From an uncultured Gemmatimonadota bacterium (GTDB lineage Bacteria; Gemmatimonadota; Gemmatimonadetes; Palauibacterales; Palauibacteraceae): a stretch of 46,368 nucleotides of DNA. The translations under genes were made by a program, and so were the position numbers. The stretch spans positions 1-46,368 of the forward strand of contig CAYVFM010000002.1 in assembly GCA_964450995.1 (NCBI GenBank), read 5' to 3'. Shown here in pieces: positions 10,354 through 17,955 of this stretch (positions within the stretch are counted from its first letter, which is position 1; each line of letters begins with the position of its first letter). The notes under the pieces are model-generated. The model saw only the letters and a list, made by a program, of their open reading frames with translations, did no database searches and had not been told where the DNA came from.

Positions 10354-11588
10354 GACGCCCCCGGCGGCCGCCGGGCCACGGGCAGGGTCATGCAGCGGGG
10401 CCCGCCGCCGCCCCTCACCAGCTCGGTTCCCTCGAAGGCCACGGCGAAGCGCTCGTCGTCGTCCGGGCGGTCCTCGCCGGTGAGGAACTCCGCCGCCTCG
10501 ACCGTCCGGAGGCCGCCCTCCCGCTCGAGGGCCTCCAGCGTGTGCTCGTTGCGGCCGTAGGCCAGCACGCGGCCCGGGCCCACCGCGAAGAGGTTGCAGC
10601 CGCTGCCCCACTGCTCCCGCTGCTGCATCGTCCGGCGCTCGCCGCCGCAGCGGACCGGCTCCATCGGCAGGTCCAGGTCCTCCAGCGCAGAGAAGAGGTC
10701 GTCCCGCTCCCGGAGCCGGTCCGATCCGTCGCTCAGGTGGAGGACCGGCAGGCGGGTGGGCCCCAGGAAATAGGGCGGGTAGACGCAGCAGAGATCCCGG
10801 TCCACGGCGGTGAAGATCATGTCCAGGTGGATGGAGGCGCGGTGGGCGGGCAGCAGCACCACCAGGACGTCGCGGATCGGCGAGCCGGCCAGCAGGCGCT
10901 CGCCCAGCACGTCGATGCCCGAGGCGGTGGTCCGCTCCGAGAGGCCCACCAGGACGAGGTCCTCCCGGAGGACGTGGATGTCGCCGCCCTCCAGGCTGGT
11001 GTTCATCCGGCGCTCCTCCGTGCCGTCGTAGAGGAAGCCCCGGTTCGCCAGCGCCGGGTGGTGCCGGAACAGGGTCCGCATGATCAGCTTCTCGGTCCAG
11101 CGCACCGCGTGGCGCATCGAGGCGATCACCACCTGGTCGCCGACCACCGCCGCGGCATCGCGGGTGAAGAAGAGGTTGGGGAGAGGCGGCAGGGAGTAGC
11201 CGGCCTCGTTCAGCAGCTCCGACAGGGCGCCCCCGGCGCTCTCCTCGCCCTCCACGAAGAGCCGGGCCAGGACCTCGGCCGGGGCGTCGCGGGCCCGGTC
11301 GCGGAAGGCGGGGTCGGCCCGGGAGAGCATCGAGTCCCGGGCCTCCGGCATCTCCAGCACCTCCTCCAGCAGATCCCGGATCTCCAGCACCCGGGTGAAG
11401 CGCTCGAGCACGGCCGTGAAGCGGGCGTGCTCCTGGCGGGCCCGCTCCCGGTCCAGGAGGTCGTCGAAGAGGTACTCGTCCCGGTTGGCCGGCGTCACGA
11501 CCGTCAGCTCGGGGCCCGGCGGATGGCAGAGGACGGCCTCCAGCTCGCCCACCTCGCTGGTGATCCGAATGCCCTCGCCGGCGGTCAT
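10350..11588 (-). CDS. Arginine deiminase family protein (guanidino-group modifying enzyme fold)
   Basis: The C-terminal 412 aa of track ORF 10350..11978, starting MTAGEGIRITSEVGELEAVL. Aligns by eye along its length with ADI: LFDDL, PPLPNLFFTRD, SLEGGD, IHLDMIF, REQWGSGCN and the catalytic GGGGPRCMT. The ATG overlaps the rex stop (ATGA). No arcB or arcC lies nearby. Confidence 0.75.
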   Translation of the reverse strand: MTAGEGIRITSEVGELEAVLCHPPGPELTVVTPANRDEYLFDDLLDRERARQEHARFTAVLERFTRVLEIRDLLEEVLEMPEARDSMLSRADPAFRDRARDAPAEVLARLFVEGEESAGGALSELLNEAGYSLPPLPNLFFTRDAAAVVGDQVVIASMRHAVRWTEKLIMRTLFRHHPALANRGFLYDGTEERRMNTSLEGGDIHVLREDLVLVGLSERTTASGIDVLGERLLAGSPIRDVLVVLLPAHRASIHLDMIFTAVDRDLCCVYPPYFLGPTRLPVLHLSDGSDRLRERDDLFSALEDLDLPMEPVRCGGERRTMQQREQWGSGCNLFAVGPGRVLAYGRNEHTLEALEREGGLRTVEAAEFLTGEDRPDDDERFAVAFEGTELVRGGGGPRCMTLPVARRPPGAS

Positions 11589-12226
11589 CCGTCCCCCTCC
11601 CCATCGTGGGAGAGGGCGAAGCTGAGCCCCTCCATCTCCAGGGCCACGTCCATGCTCCGGACCACCACGTCCTCGCCCACGTCGAGCTTCACCGGGGCGA
11701 AGTTGAGCAGGGCCCGGACGCCGGCGTCGGCCAGGCGGTCGGCCACCTCCTGGGCGGCGTCGGGCGGCACCGCGACGATGCCCATCTCCACGTCCCGGTC
11801 GGCCACGACCGCCTCCAGACGATCCATCGGCTCGATCCGGTGGCCGTCCACCTCGTGGCCGACCTTGCCGGGATCGACGTCCAGGGCGGTCACCACGTCG
11901 AAGCCCCGATCCTCCAGGTCCCGGTAGCCCAGCAGGGCGCTCCCGATCCGGCCCACGCCCACCAGCGCCACCCGCCACCGGCGCTCCAGGCCCAGGATCC
12001 CCTCCAGGGTCGAGGCCAGGGCCGGGACGGCGTAGCCGCGGCCGCGCTTGCCGAAGCTGCCGAAGAGGCTGAGGTCCTTGCGGACCTGGGCCGGGGTCGT
12101 GCCGCTGCGGGTCGCCAGCTCCTTGCTGGACACGATCTCCCGCTCCTCGCGCTCCAGCTCGCGGAGGAGGCGAAGGTAGACCGAGAGGCGGCGGACGGTG
12201 GAGTCGGAGATCCGGGGCTGGCTCAT
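11585..12226 (-). CDS. rex: Redox-sensing transcriptional repressor Rex
   Basis: 213 aa. RRLSVYLRLL...SSKELA...PAQVRKDLSLFGSFGKRGRGYAV (wHTH), VALVGVGRIGSAL (Rossmann) and NFAPV are typical of Rex. Confidence 0.95.
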   Translation of the reverse strand: MSQPRISDSTVRRLSVYLRLLRELEREEREIVSSKELATRSGTTPAQVRKDLSLFGSFGKRGRGYAVPALASTLEGILGLERRWRVALVGVGRIGSALLGYRDLEDRGFDVVTALDVDPGKVGHEVDGHRIEPMDRLEAVVADRDVEMGIVAVPPDAAQEVADRLADAGVRALLNFAPVKLDVGEDVVVRSMDVALEMEGLSFALSHDGEGDG

Positions 12227-12233
12227 GGGCTTC

Positions 12234-12251
12234 TTGTGAAAAGGTTCACAA
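12234..12251 (-). promoter_or_regulatory. Rex operator (ROP box) TTGTGAA-AAGG-TTCACAA
   Basis: A perfect match to the published Rex consensus TTGTGAAnnnnTTCACAA, 8-25 nt upstream of the rex ATG and directly downstream of the putative -10 element. It is an A/T-containing palindrome in otherwise very GC-rich DNA. Confidence 0.8.
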
Positions 12252-12252
12252 G

Positions 12253-12281
12253 AACATACCCGAAGCGCCCGCCCCGCTCAA
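12253..12281 (-). promoter_or_regulatory. Putative sigma70-type promoter of rex (TTGAGC-N17-TATGTT)
   Basis: On the minus strand, -35 TTGAGC is at 12281-12276, followed by a 17-nt spacer and -10 TATGTT at 12258-12253. The operator begins 1 nt after the -10. Confidence 0.55.
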
Positions 12282-12328
12282 CCAGCCGCGGACGCCACGG
12301 CCGCTCCCGCTCCCGGCCGCCCGGTCGC

Positions 12329-13156
12329 TCAGCCGCCGCCCGTCCCCTCCCCGGACACCTCGTCCTCCAGCCGTCGGGCCAGCTCCACGAACTGCTCGGG
12401 TGAGAGGCGCTCGGGGCGATGGCGCGGCTCGGCCCCCACCGACCGCAGGAGCGCCTCGGCCGTCGCCCGGTCGAGCCCGAACTCCGGGGCCGACCGGAGG
12501 ATCTTCTGGAGCTGCTTCCGGCGGCGGCTGAAGGCGGCCCGAGTGAGCCGCCGCAGCGCGCCGCCCGGCAGGGCCCGGATCCGTGCCGGATCGGGCTCCA
12601 GGACCACGGTGGTGGACTCGACGTCCGGCGAGGGGCGGAAGGCGTTCCGGCTCACGTCGAAGGCGCGCCGCACCTCCGCGCGGGACCGCACGCCCACCGT
12701 GGGGGCGCCGTAGTCCCCGCCGCCGGGATCGGCGGCGAGCCGGTCGGCCACCTCCTTCTGGACCGTCACCACGATCCGGACCGGGGGCGGGTCCAGGGCG
12801 AGCACCCGGAACAGCAGGGGCGAGGTGATGGCGTAGGGCAGGTTCGACAGCACGCGGTAGGGGCGGTCCACCGGCAGCCGCGCGGCCAGGTCCACCTCCA
12901 GGGCGTCGCCGTGGACCAGCGACACGTCGGACCGCCCGCCCCACCGCTCCTCCAGCTCCGCGAAGAGCCGGTCGTCCTTCTCCACCAGCACCAGGGGATC
13001 GGCGACGCCCACCAGGTGCCGGCTCAGCTCGCCGTGGCCGGGCCCGATCTCCAGCACCGGCTCGCCCGGCGGCGCCTCCAGGGCCGCGACCACCTTCTGC
13101 TGGAGGTTGGGGTCGACCAGGAAGTTCTGGCTGAGCGAGCGCTTCGGCCGCGTCAC
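12329..13156 (-). CDS. rsmA: 16S rRNA (adenine1518/1519-N6)-dimethyltransferase
   Basis: 275 aa with SLSQNFLVDPN, VLEIGPGHGELS and NLPY motifs. The GTG start overlaps the phosphatase stop (GTGA). Confidence 0.95.
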   Translation of the reverse strand: MTRPKRSLSQNFLVDPNLQQKVVAALEAPPGEPVLEIGPGHGELSRHLVGVADPLVLVEKDDRLFAELEERWGGRSDVSLVHGDALEVDLAARLPVDRPYRVLSNLPYAITSPLLFRVLALDPPPVRIVVTVQKEVADRLAADPGGGDYGAPTVGVRSRAEVRRAFDVSRNAFRPSPDVESTTVVLEPDPARIRALPGGALRRLTRAAFSRRRKQLQKILRSAPEFGLDRATAEALLRSVGAEPRHRPERLSPEQFVELARRLEDEVSGEGTGGG

Positions 13157-14736
13157 CGGGGACCGCCCCGCGGCCGCACCGCGAGCGCCGTCCGGTCATC
13201 GCTCCCGCCCCCCTCCAGGGCGTCGGAGGCCCGGAAGACCGCCTCCACCGCGGCCCGGGCCCCCGCGTCGGCGGCGCCGGCCGCCGCCTCCACCAGGCGG
13301 CCCTCCGCCGCCGATCGGCTCCCGGCGGCGGGCTCGAAGAGGCCGTCGGTGAAGAGCAGGAGCATTCCCGGCGGATCTCCCGCGTCGGCCTCGAGCTCGC
13401 CGTACCGGCGGCCGGGCGGCCGGAGCCCCAGCGGCGGATCGGTGGCGAACAGCCGCCGGGGCTTCTCGCCGCCCAGCAGGAAGGCATGGGGATGACCGGC
13501 GCTGGCGTACTGGATCCGCCCGGAGGGGACGTCCAGCACGGCGTAGAAGAGGGTCAGGTACATCTCGGCGGCGTCGAGCCCCTCGCCCAGCTCCCGCTCC
13601 AGCCGCGAAAGGACCGCCGCCGCCCCCTCCTCCTCCCGGGCCACGATGCCGGCCGCGCTCAGCGCCCGGGCCATCACCAGGGCGGCCGAGATGCCGTGGG
13701 AGCTGACGTCGCCGATCAGCACGCCCAGCCGTCGCTCGGGCAGGCGGATGAGGTGGTAGAAGTCGCCTCCCACCGAGCTCGCCGGCTCGCAGCGGGCCGC
13801 CGCCTCGGCCAGGTCTCCCACCGACGCGGGGTCGGGCAGCAGGGCGAGCTGGAGGTCGTGGGCGAGCTCCAGCTCCGCCGACAGCCTCTCGCGGCGGAGG
13901 CTGTCCTGCACCAGCCTGCGGTTCTCGACGGCGGCCGCCGCCTGGCTGGCCACGGCGGAGACCAGCTCCCGGTCACCGGCGGAGAACCGCCCGCCCCCGG
14001 CCCGTCCCACCAGGGCCAGCACCCCCACCCGGCGGCGGTCCCCGTCGCCCGGAGCGTAGCTCACCGGGACCGCCAGCACCGCGGCGTCTCCGTAGCCGGG
14101 CCAGCCCTCCTCCGCCGCCGGATCCACCAGCCGGGCCTCCTGCCGGCGGAAGACCCCGGCGACCAGCGAGTCGGCGTCCTCCGGCTCGATCCTCCGGACC
14201 GCCGGATCGGAGACGCCCCGGGAGGCCAGCAGGCGGAGGTCGCCCTCCCCCGGCTCGTGGAGCCAGAGGGTGGCGCGGGCGGCTCCGGTGACCTCCACCA
14301 GCTCCTCCAGCAGCCGGTCGGCCGCCCGGTCCAGCTCCAGCACCGAGGCCAGCGTCTCGCCGATGGAGGTGAGGAGCGACATCTCCTCGTAGCGCTCGGC
14401 CAGCTCCCGGGCGAAGAGCCGGTTCTCCTCCTCCTGCCGCAGCAGGCGGCCGGCCACCTCGGCCAGGAGGGCGGCCCCCTCCCCTCCGGCGCCGTCCTCG
14501 GCCGCCTCCAGGCGGGCCGTCCGCTCCCGGGAGAGAGGCACCGTCCGCTCGACCGGGTCGCCGCCGTCGGGGAGGTCGTCGTGGAGCGTCCGGACCTCCC
14601 CGTCCGGCCCCTCCAACCGCAGCCTGAGCCGCACCCCCATCGCCCGGGCCAGGCGGACCAGCAGTCGGGCCGGGTCGTCGGCTCCCCCCGCATCCTCCGT
14701 CTCCGCCTCGCCGGCCCGACCCGCCGCGCTCCTCAA
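13153..14736 (-). CDS. GAF domain-containing PP2C/SpoIIE-family serine phosphatase (RsbU/RsbP-like)
   Basis: 527 aa. The central region is GAF-like. The C-terminal part shows GDFYHL, GDVSSHGISAAL, LFTDGLFE and SDDRTALAV. The TTG start at 14736 is uncertain. Confidence 0.85.
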   Translation of the reverse strand: MRSAAGRAGEAETEDAGGADDPARLLVRLARAMGVRLRLRLEGPDGEVRTLHDDLPDGGDPVERTVPLSRERTARLEAAEDGAGGEGAALLAEVAGRLLRQEEENRLFARELAERYEEMSLLTSIGETLASVLELDRAADRLLEELVEVTGAARATLWLHEPGEGDLRLLASRGVSDPAVRRIEPEDADSLVAGVFRRQEARLVDPAAEEGWPGYGDAAVLAVPVSYAPGDGDRRRVGVLALVGRAGGGRFSAGDRELVSAVASQAAAAVENRRLVQDSLRRERLSAELELAHDLQLALLPDPASVGDLAEAAARCEPASSVGGDFYHLIRLPERRLGVLIGDVSSHGISAALVMARALSAAGIVAREEEGAAAVLSRLERELGEGLDAAEMYLTLFYAVLDVPSGRIQYASAGHPHAFLLGGEKPRRLFATDPPLGLRPPGRRYGELEADAGDPPGMLLLFTDGLFEPAAGSRSAAEGRLVEAAAGAADAGARAAVEAVFRASDALEGGGSDDRTALAVRPRGGPR

Positions 14737-14743
14737 GCCCGCC

Positions 14744-15478
14744 TCACAGGTGGAGGACCAGGGTCACCCGGTTGCCGCGCTCGTTCCAGCTCACCTCGTC
14801 CATGAGGCTCCGGAGCAGGAAGAGCCCCCGGCCCGAGGACCGGTCGCGGTTCTCGGGTCGGGTCGGGTCGGCCACGGCGTCCGGGTCGAAGCCCGCGCCC
14901 TCGTCGCTGACGACGACCCGGACCCGTCCGTCGTCGAACTCGGCCCGGACGTGGACGCGCTTGTCGGCATCCTCGCCGTTGCCGTAGAGGATGGCGTTCG
15001 AGACCGCCTCGCCCACCGCCACCTTCAGGTTCAGGTGGGCCCGGGCACCGCCCACGGCGAGCCGCTCGCAGCGCCCCACGACCTCCTCCACCGCCGGCTG
15101 GACGTGTCGGACGCGCGAGGGGAATTCCAGCTCCAGGCTGCCGCGGAGGTCGCCGACGGACTCGGCCCGCGGACCGCGGCCGGCCAGGTGCTTCTGCCAT
15201 CGGAGGCGGAGCTCGTCCGGGTTGACCGGGAAGAAGAGATAATCGGCGCAGCCCGCGGCCAGGGCCGGGACGAGCCGCTCGGCCGTGTCGCCGTCGGCCA
15301 GCGCCCACAGCTCGGCCTCGTCGCCCCAGTTCAGGCAAGCGTCCCGGACCGGCGGCGAGCCGTCGGCCAGGTCCACCACCACCAGCGAGGGCGCCTCGGC
15401 GGGCCACTCCTCGCGGGAGGTGGCGGTGGCGGCCGTGGCCTCCAGCCGGTCGAACTCGCGGACCAGGACCTCGCACAC
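14744..15478 (-). CDS. RsbW/SpoIIAB-type anti-sigma serine kinase (HATPase_c_2) fused to a degenerate receiver-like N-domain
   Basis: The C-terminal part has EAVSNAILYG (N box), DEGAGFDP and GRGLFLL. The N-terminal ~100 aa has a receiver-like pattern (SLVVVDLADG, ADYLFFPVNPDEL). The first canonical start is GTG 15478, but the in-frame upstream sequence RVLICSERREV looks like strand beta-1. The gene may therefore begin at CTG 15514, which lies 6 nt after GGGAGG. Confidence 0.8.
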   Translation of the reverse strand: MCEVLVREFDRLEATAATATSREEWPAEAPSLVVVDLADGSPPVRDACLNWGDEAELWALADGDTAERLVPALAAGCADYLFFPVNPDELRLRWQKHLAGRGPRAESVGDLRGSLELEFPSRVRHVQPAVEEVVGRCERLAVGGARAHLNLKVAVGEAVSNAILYGNGEDADKRVHVRAEFDDGRVRVVVSDEGAGFDPDAVADPTRPENRDRSSGRGLFLLRSLMDEVSWNERGNRVTLVLHL

Positions 15479-15557
15479 TTCCCGGCGCTCCGAGCAGATC
15501 AGGACGCGGGACAGGACACACCTCCCGTCGGATGGACGGCGCCGGCCGGCGTGACGC

Positions 15558-15890
15558 TCAGAAGTCGGCCAGGGCCTCGGCCCGGTCGTCGGCGATCCGG
15601 AAGAGGGTGTCCAGCTTGGTCAGCTCGAAGAGGGTGCGGAGGTCCTCGTCGAGCCCGGAGAGGCGAAGCTCGCCCTCCTTCTCCCGGATCTTCTTGGACA
15701 GGCTGACCAGCACCCCCAGGCCCGAGGAGTCGATATAGCTCGCCTCCGCGAAGTCCACGAGGAACTTCCGGTCCCCCTCGTCCAGCCGTCCCAGCACGGC
15801 GTCCTTAAGCTCGCGGCGGTTGCCCACCACCAGCTCCCCCTGCACCGAGACCACGGTGACGTCGCCCTCGCGCTCGATCTCGTAGGCCAT
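15558..15890 (-). CDS. STAS-domain anti-sigma factor antagonist (RsbV/SpoIIAA-like)
   Basis: 110 aa with the conserved phospho-serine motif YIDSSGLGVLV. ATG is preceded by GAGGAGGAG. Confidence 0.9.
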   Translation of the reverse strand: MAYEIEREGDVTVVSVQGELVVGNRRELKDAVLGRLDEGDRKFLVDFAEASYIDSSGLGVLVSLSKKIREKEGELRLSGLDEDLRTLFELTKLDTLFRIADDRAEALADF

Positions 15891-15916
15891 GGCTCCTCCT
15901 CACCTTCCCTTTGCGG

Positions 15917-16855
15917 TCACTCCGCCGCCAGCCCCGTGACGCAGGCGGTCAGCACGATGTCCTCCACCCCGGCGCCCCGCGAGAGGTCGTTCAGCGGGCG
16001 CCGCAGGCCCTGCAGAACGGGGCCCAGCGCGCCGGCGCCGGCCAGCCTCTCCACCAGCTTGTACCCGATGTTCCCCGCGTCGAGGTCCGGGAACACCAGC
16101 ACGTTCGCGCGGCCGGCCACCGGCGAGCCCGGCGCCTTCCGCCGGCCCACCGCCTCCACCAGGGCCGCGTCGACCTGCAGCTCGCCGTCCGCGGGCACCC
16201 CGGGCTCGGCCTCCCGGAACAGCTCCACCGCCCGGCGCACCTTCCGGACCGAGTCCCCGTCCGCCGACCCGCGGGTGGCGTAGGAGAGGAAGGCCAGCCG
16301 CGGCTCGTCGCCCACGATCCTCCGCCGCGCCGAGGCGGCCGCCCGGGCGATCTGGGCGAGCTGGGCGGCGTCCGGGTCGGGCACCACGGCGGCGTCGGTG
16401 AAGCTCAGCACCCCGGCCGAGGAAGGGTCCCGGGCCATCCCGTACAGGTAGAAGGTGCTGGAGAGCACCTCGAAGCCCGGGGCCAGGCCCACCATCTGGA
16501 GCCCGGCCCGGACCACGTCGGCGGTGGGGACCCGGGTCCCGGCCACGGCCCCGTCCAGCCGGCCGGCGGCCACCAGCCCCGCGGCCGTCCGGAGCGGGTC
16601 GCCTCCGGGGTCGGCGCCGCCCGCCGAGGCGGCCCCCCGGACCTCCGGGTCGGCCGGGTCCAGCACCTCCGGGTCCTCCAGCGCCCGGCGGAGTCCCTCG
16701 AGCCCGGCGGGATCGGCCACCGCCACCGGGCGGGCGAGCCCCTCCTCTGCCAGCCGGGCCATCGCCCGGACGGTCCGCTCCTCGCCGGCCTCGGGAAAGC
16801 CGATCCGGCGGGGGCGCTCCCGGGCCCGGGCTCGCAGGGACTCGACGAAGCTCAC
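15917..16855 (-). CDS. pta: Phosphate acetyltransferase (PTA_PTB family, short form)
   Basis: 312 aa. Contains RIGFPEAGEERT, VLVFPDLDAGNIGYKLVERLAGA.ALGP.LQGL and NDLSRG. The GTG start overlaps the coaD stop (GTGA). Confidence 0.88.
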   Translation of the reverse strand: MSFVESLRARARERPRRIGFPEAGEERTVRAMARLAEEGLARPVAVADPAGLEGLRRALEDPEVLDPADPEVRGAASAGGADPGGDPLRTAAGLVAAGRLDGAVAGTRVPTADVVRAGLQMVGLAPGFEVLSSTFYLYGMARDPSSAGVLSFTDAAVVPDPDAAQLAQIARAAASARRRIVGDEPRLAFLSYATRGSADGDSVRKVRRAVELFREAEPGVPADGELQVDAALVEAVGRRKAPGSPVAGRANVLVFPDLDAGNIGYKLVERLAGAGALGPVLQGLRRPLNDLSRGAGVEDIVLTACVTGLAAE

Positions 16856-17364
16856 GAGCCCCGGACCGACGGGCCCAGCCGCTCGGCCATCCGGTCCAGG
16901 ACGGGCGCGGGCACGTACTCCGAGACATCCCCCTCGAGCCGGGCCACCTCCCGGACCAGCGACGCGCTCAGGAAGGTGTAGCGGTTGTCGGGCGCCATGA
17001 AGATCGTCTCCACCTCGGGCCAGAGCGACCGGTTCATCTGGGCCATCTGGAACTCGTACTCGAAGTCGCTCACCGCCCGGAGGCCCCGGACGAGGATCCG
17101 CGCGCCCCGGTCCCGGGCGAAGTCGACCAGGAGCCCCGAGAAGGAGGTGACCTCGAGCCGGTCCTCGTCCGGGTAGACCGAGCGGATCAGCTCCACACGC
17201 TCCGGGACGGCGAACATCTCGTCCTTCCGCTGGGTGGAGGTCTCGGCCACCGCCACGATGAGCCGGTCCGTCAGCCGGAGGGCCCGGTCCACGATGTCGG
17301 CGTGGCCGAAGGTCAGCGGGTCGAAAGAGCCCGGGTACACCGCCACCTTCGCGTCGTCGCTCAC
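16852..17364 (-). CDS. coaD: Pantetheine-phosphate adenylyltransferase
   Basis: The C-terminal 170 aa of track ORF 16852..17844, starting VSDDAKVAVYPGSFDPLTFGHADIV (the T/HxGH motif), then VRGLRAVSDFEYE and SASLVREV. The GTG start overlaps the rsmD stop. Confidence 0.95.
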   Translation of the reverse strand: MSDDAKVAVYPGSFDPLTFGHADIVDRALRLTDRLIVAVAETSTQRKDEMFAVPERVELIRSVYPDEDRLEVTSFSGLLVDFARDRGARILVRGLRAVSDFEYEFQMAQMNRSLWPEVETIFMAPDNRYTFLSASLVREVARLEGDVSEYVPAPVLDRMAERLGPSVRGS

Positions 17365-17942
17365 GTCGCCTCCTCGTCGCCGGTATCGTCGGCCCGCCCG
17401 CCGTCCGGGTCGGGAGGGCGCAGGAAAGTCAACGCGCTGTCGCCGTAGGTCCGCTCCCAGAGGACGCCCGCCGCGCCGTCGAGGGCCCCCGGCTCGTGCT
17501 CCACGCAGAGGAGCCGGGCGAAGGGTCGGCGGCGGAGCCGGTCGGCCAGCCGCCGCGGCCAGCCCTCGCCGTAGGGCGGGTCCGCCAGGACCAGGTCGTA
17601 GGCCTCGTCGTCGTCGAGGTCCTCCAGGAAGCGCTCGGCCCCGCCCCGGATCACCCGGGCCCGGTCGGCCACCTCGAGCGCCCGGACGTTGTCGCGCACC
17701 ACGTCGGCGGCCCGCGGGTGGGACTCGACGAAATCTACGGACGCCGCCCCGCGCGACAACGCCTCGAGCCCCAGGGCGCCGGAGCCGGCGAAGAGGTCCG
17801 CGGTCCGCGCGCCGGCCACCGCGTCGCCCAGGGCGCTGAACCACGCCTCGCGCACCTTCTCGCGGGTGGGGCGCGTGTCCCGGCCCGGCGGCGCGTCGAT
17901 CATCCGGCCGCCCAGGGTCCCGGCGATGATCCTCAGCCGCAC
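17361..17942 (-). CDS. rsmD: 16S rRNA (guanine966-N2)-methyltransferase
   Basis: The C-terminal 193 aa of track ORF 17361..18386, starting VRLRIIAGTLGGRMIDAPPGRDTRPTREKVREAWF, then DLFAGSGALGLEALSRGA and the DPPY motif (LADPPYGEG). Confidence 0.92.
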   Translation of the reverse strand: MRLRIIAGTLGGRMIDAPPGRDTRPTREKVREAWFSALGDAVAGARTADLFAGSGALGLEALSRGAASVDFVESHPRAADVVRDNVRALEVADRARVIRGGAERFLEDLDDDEAYDLVLADPPYGEGWPRRLADRLRRRPFARLLCVEHEPGALDGAAGVLWERTYGDSALTFLRPPDPDGGRADDTGDEEAT

Positions 17943-17955
17943 GGCGCGCCGCCCC

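Noticed and set aside
3577-11978. Long N-terminal extensions in track ORFs (3577..5352, 4818..6524, 7358..10132, 9505..11604, 10350..11978; likewise 16852..17844, 17361..18386, 36756..37844, 37907..39493, 38590..40488, 39594..41075, 40571..41761)
   Set aside because: The extensions run through the upstream neighbour gene in another frame and are Arg/Pro/Gly-rich. Homology starts abruptly at internal ATG/GTG/TTG codons that sit on 4-nt overlaps or behind SD sequences, so those internal starts were used.
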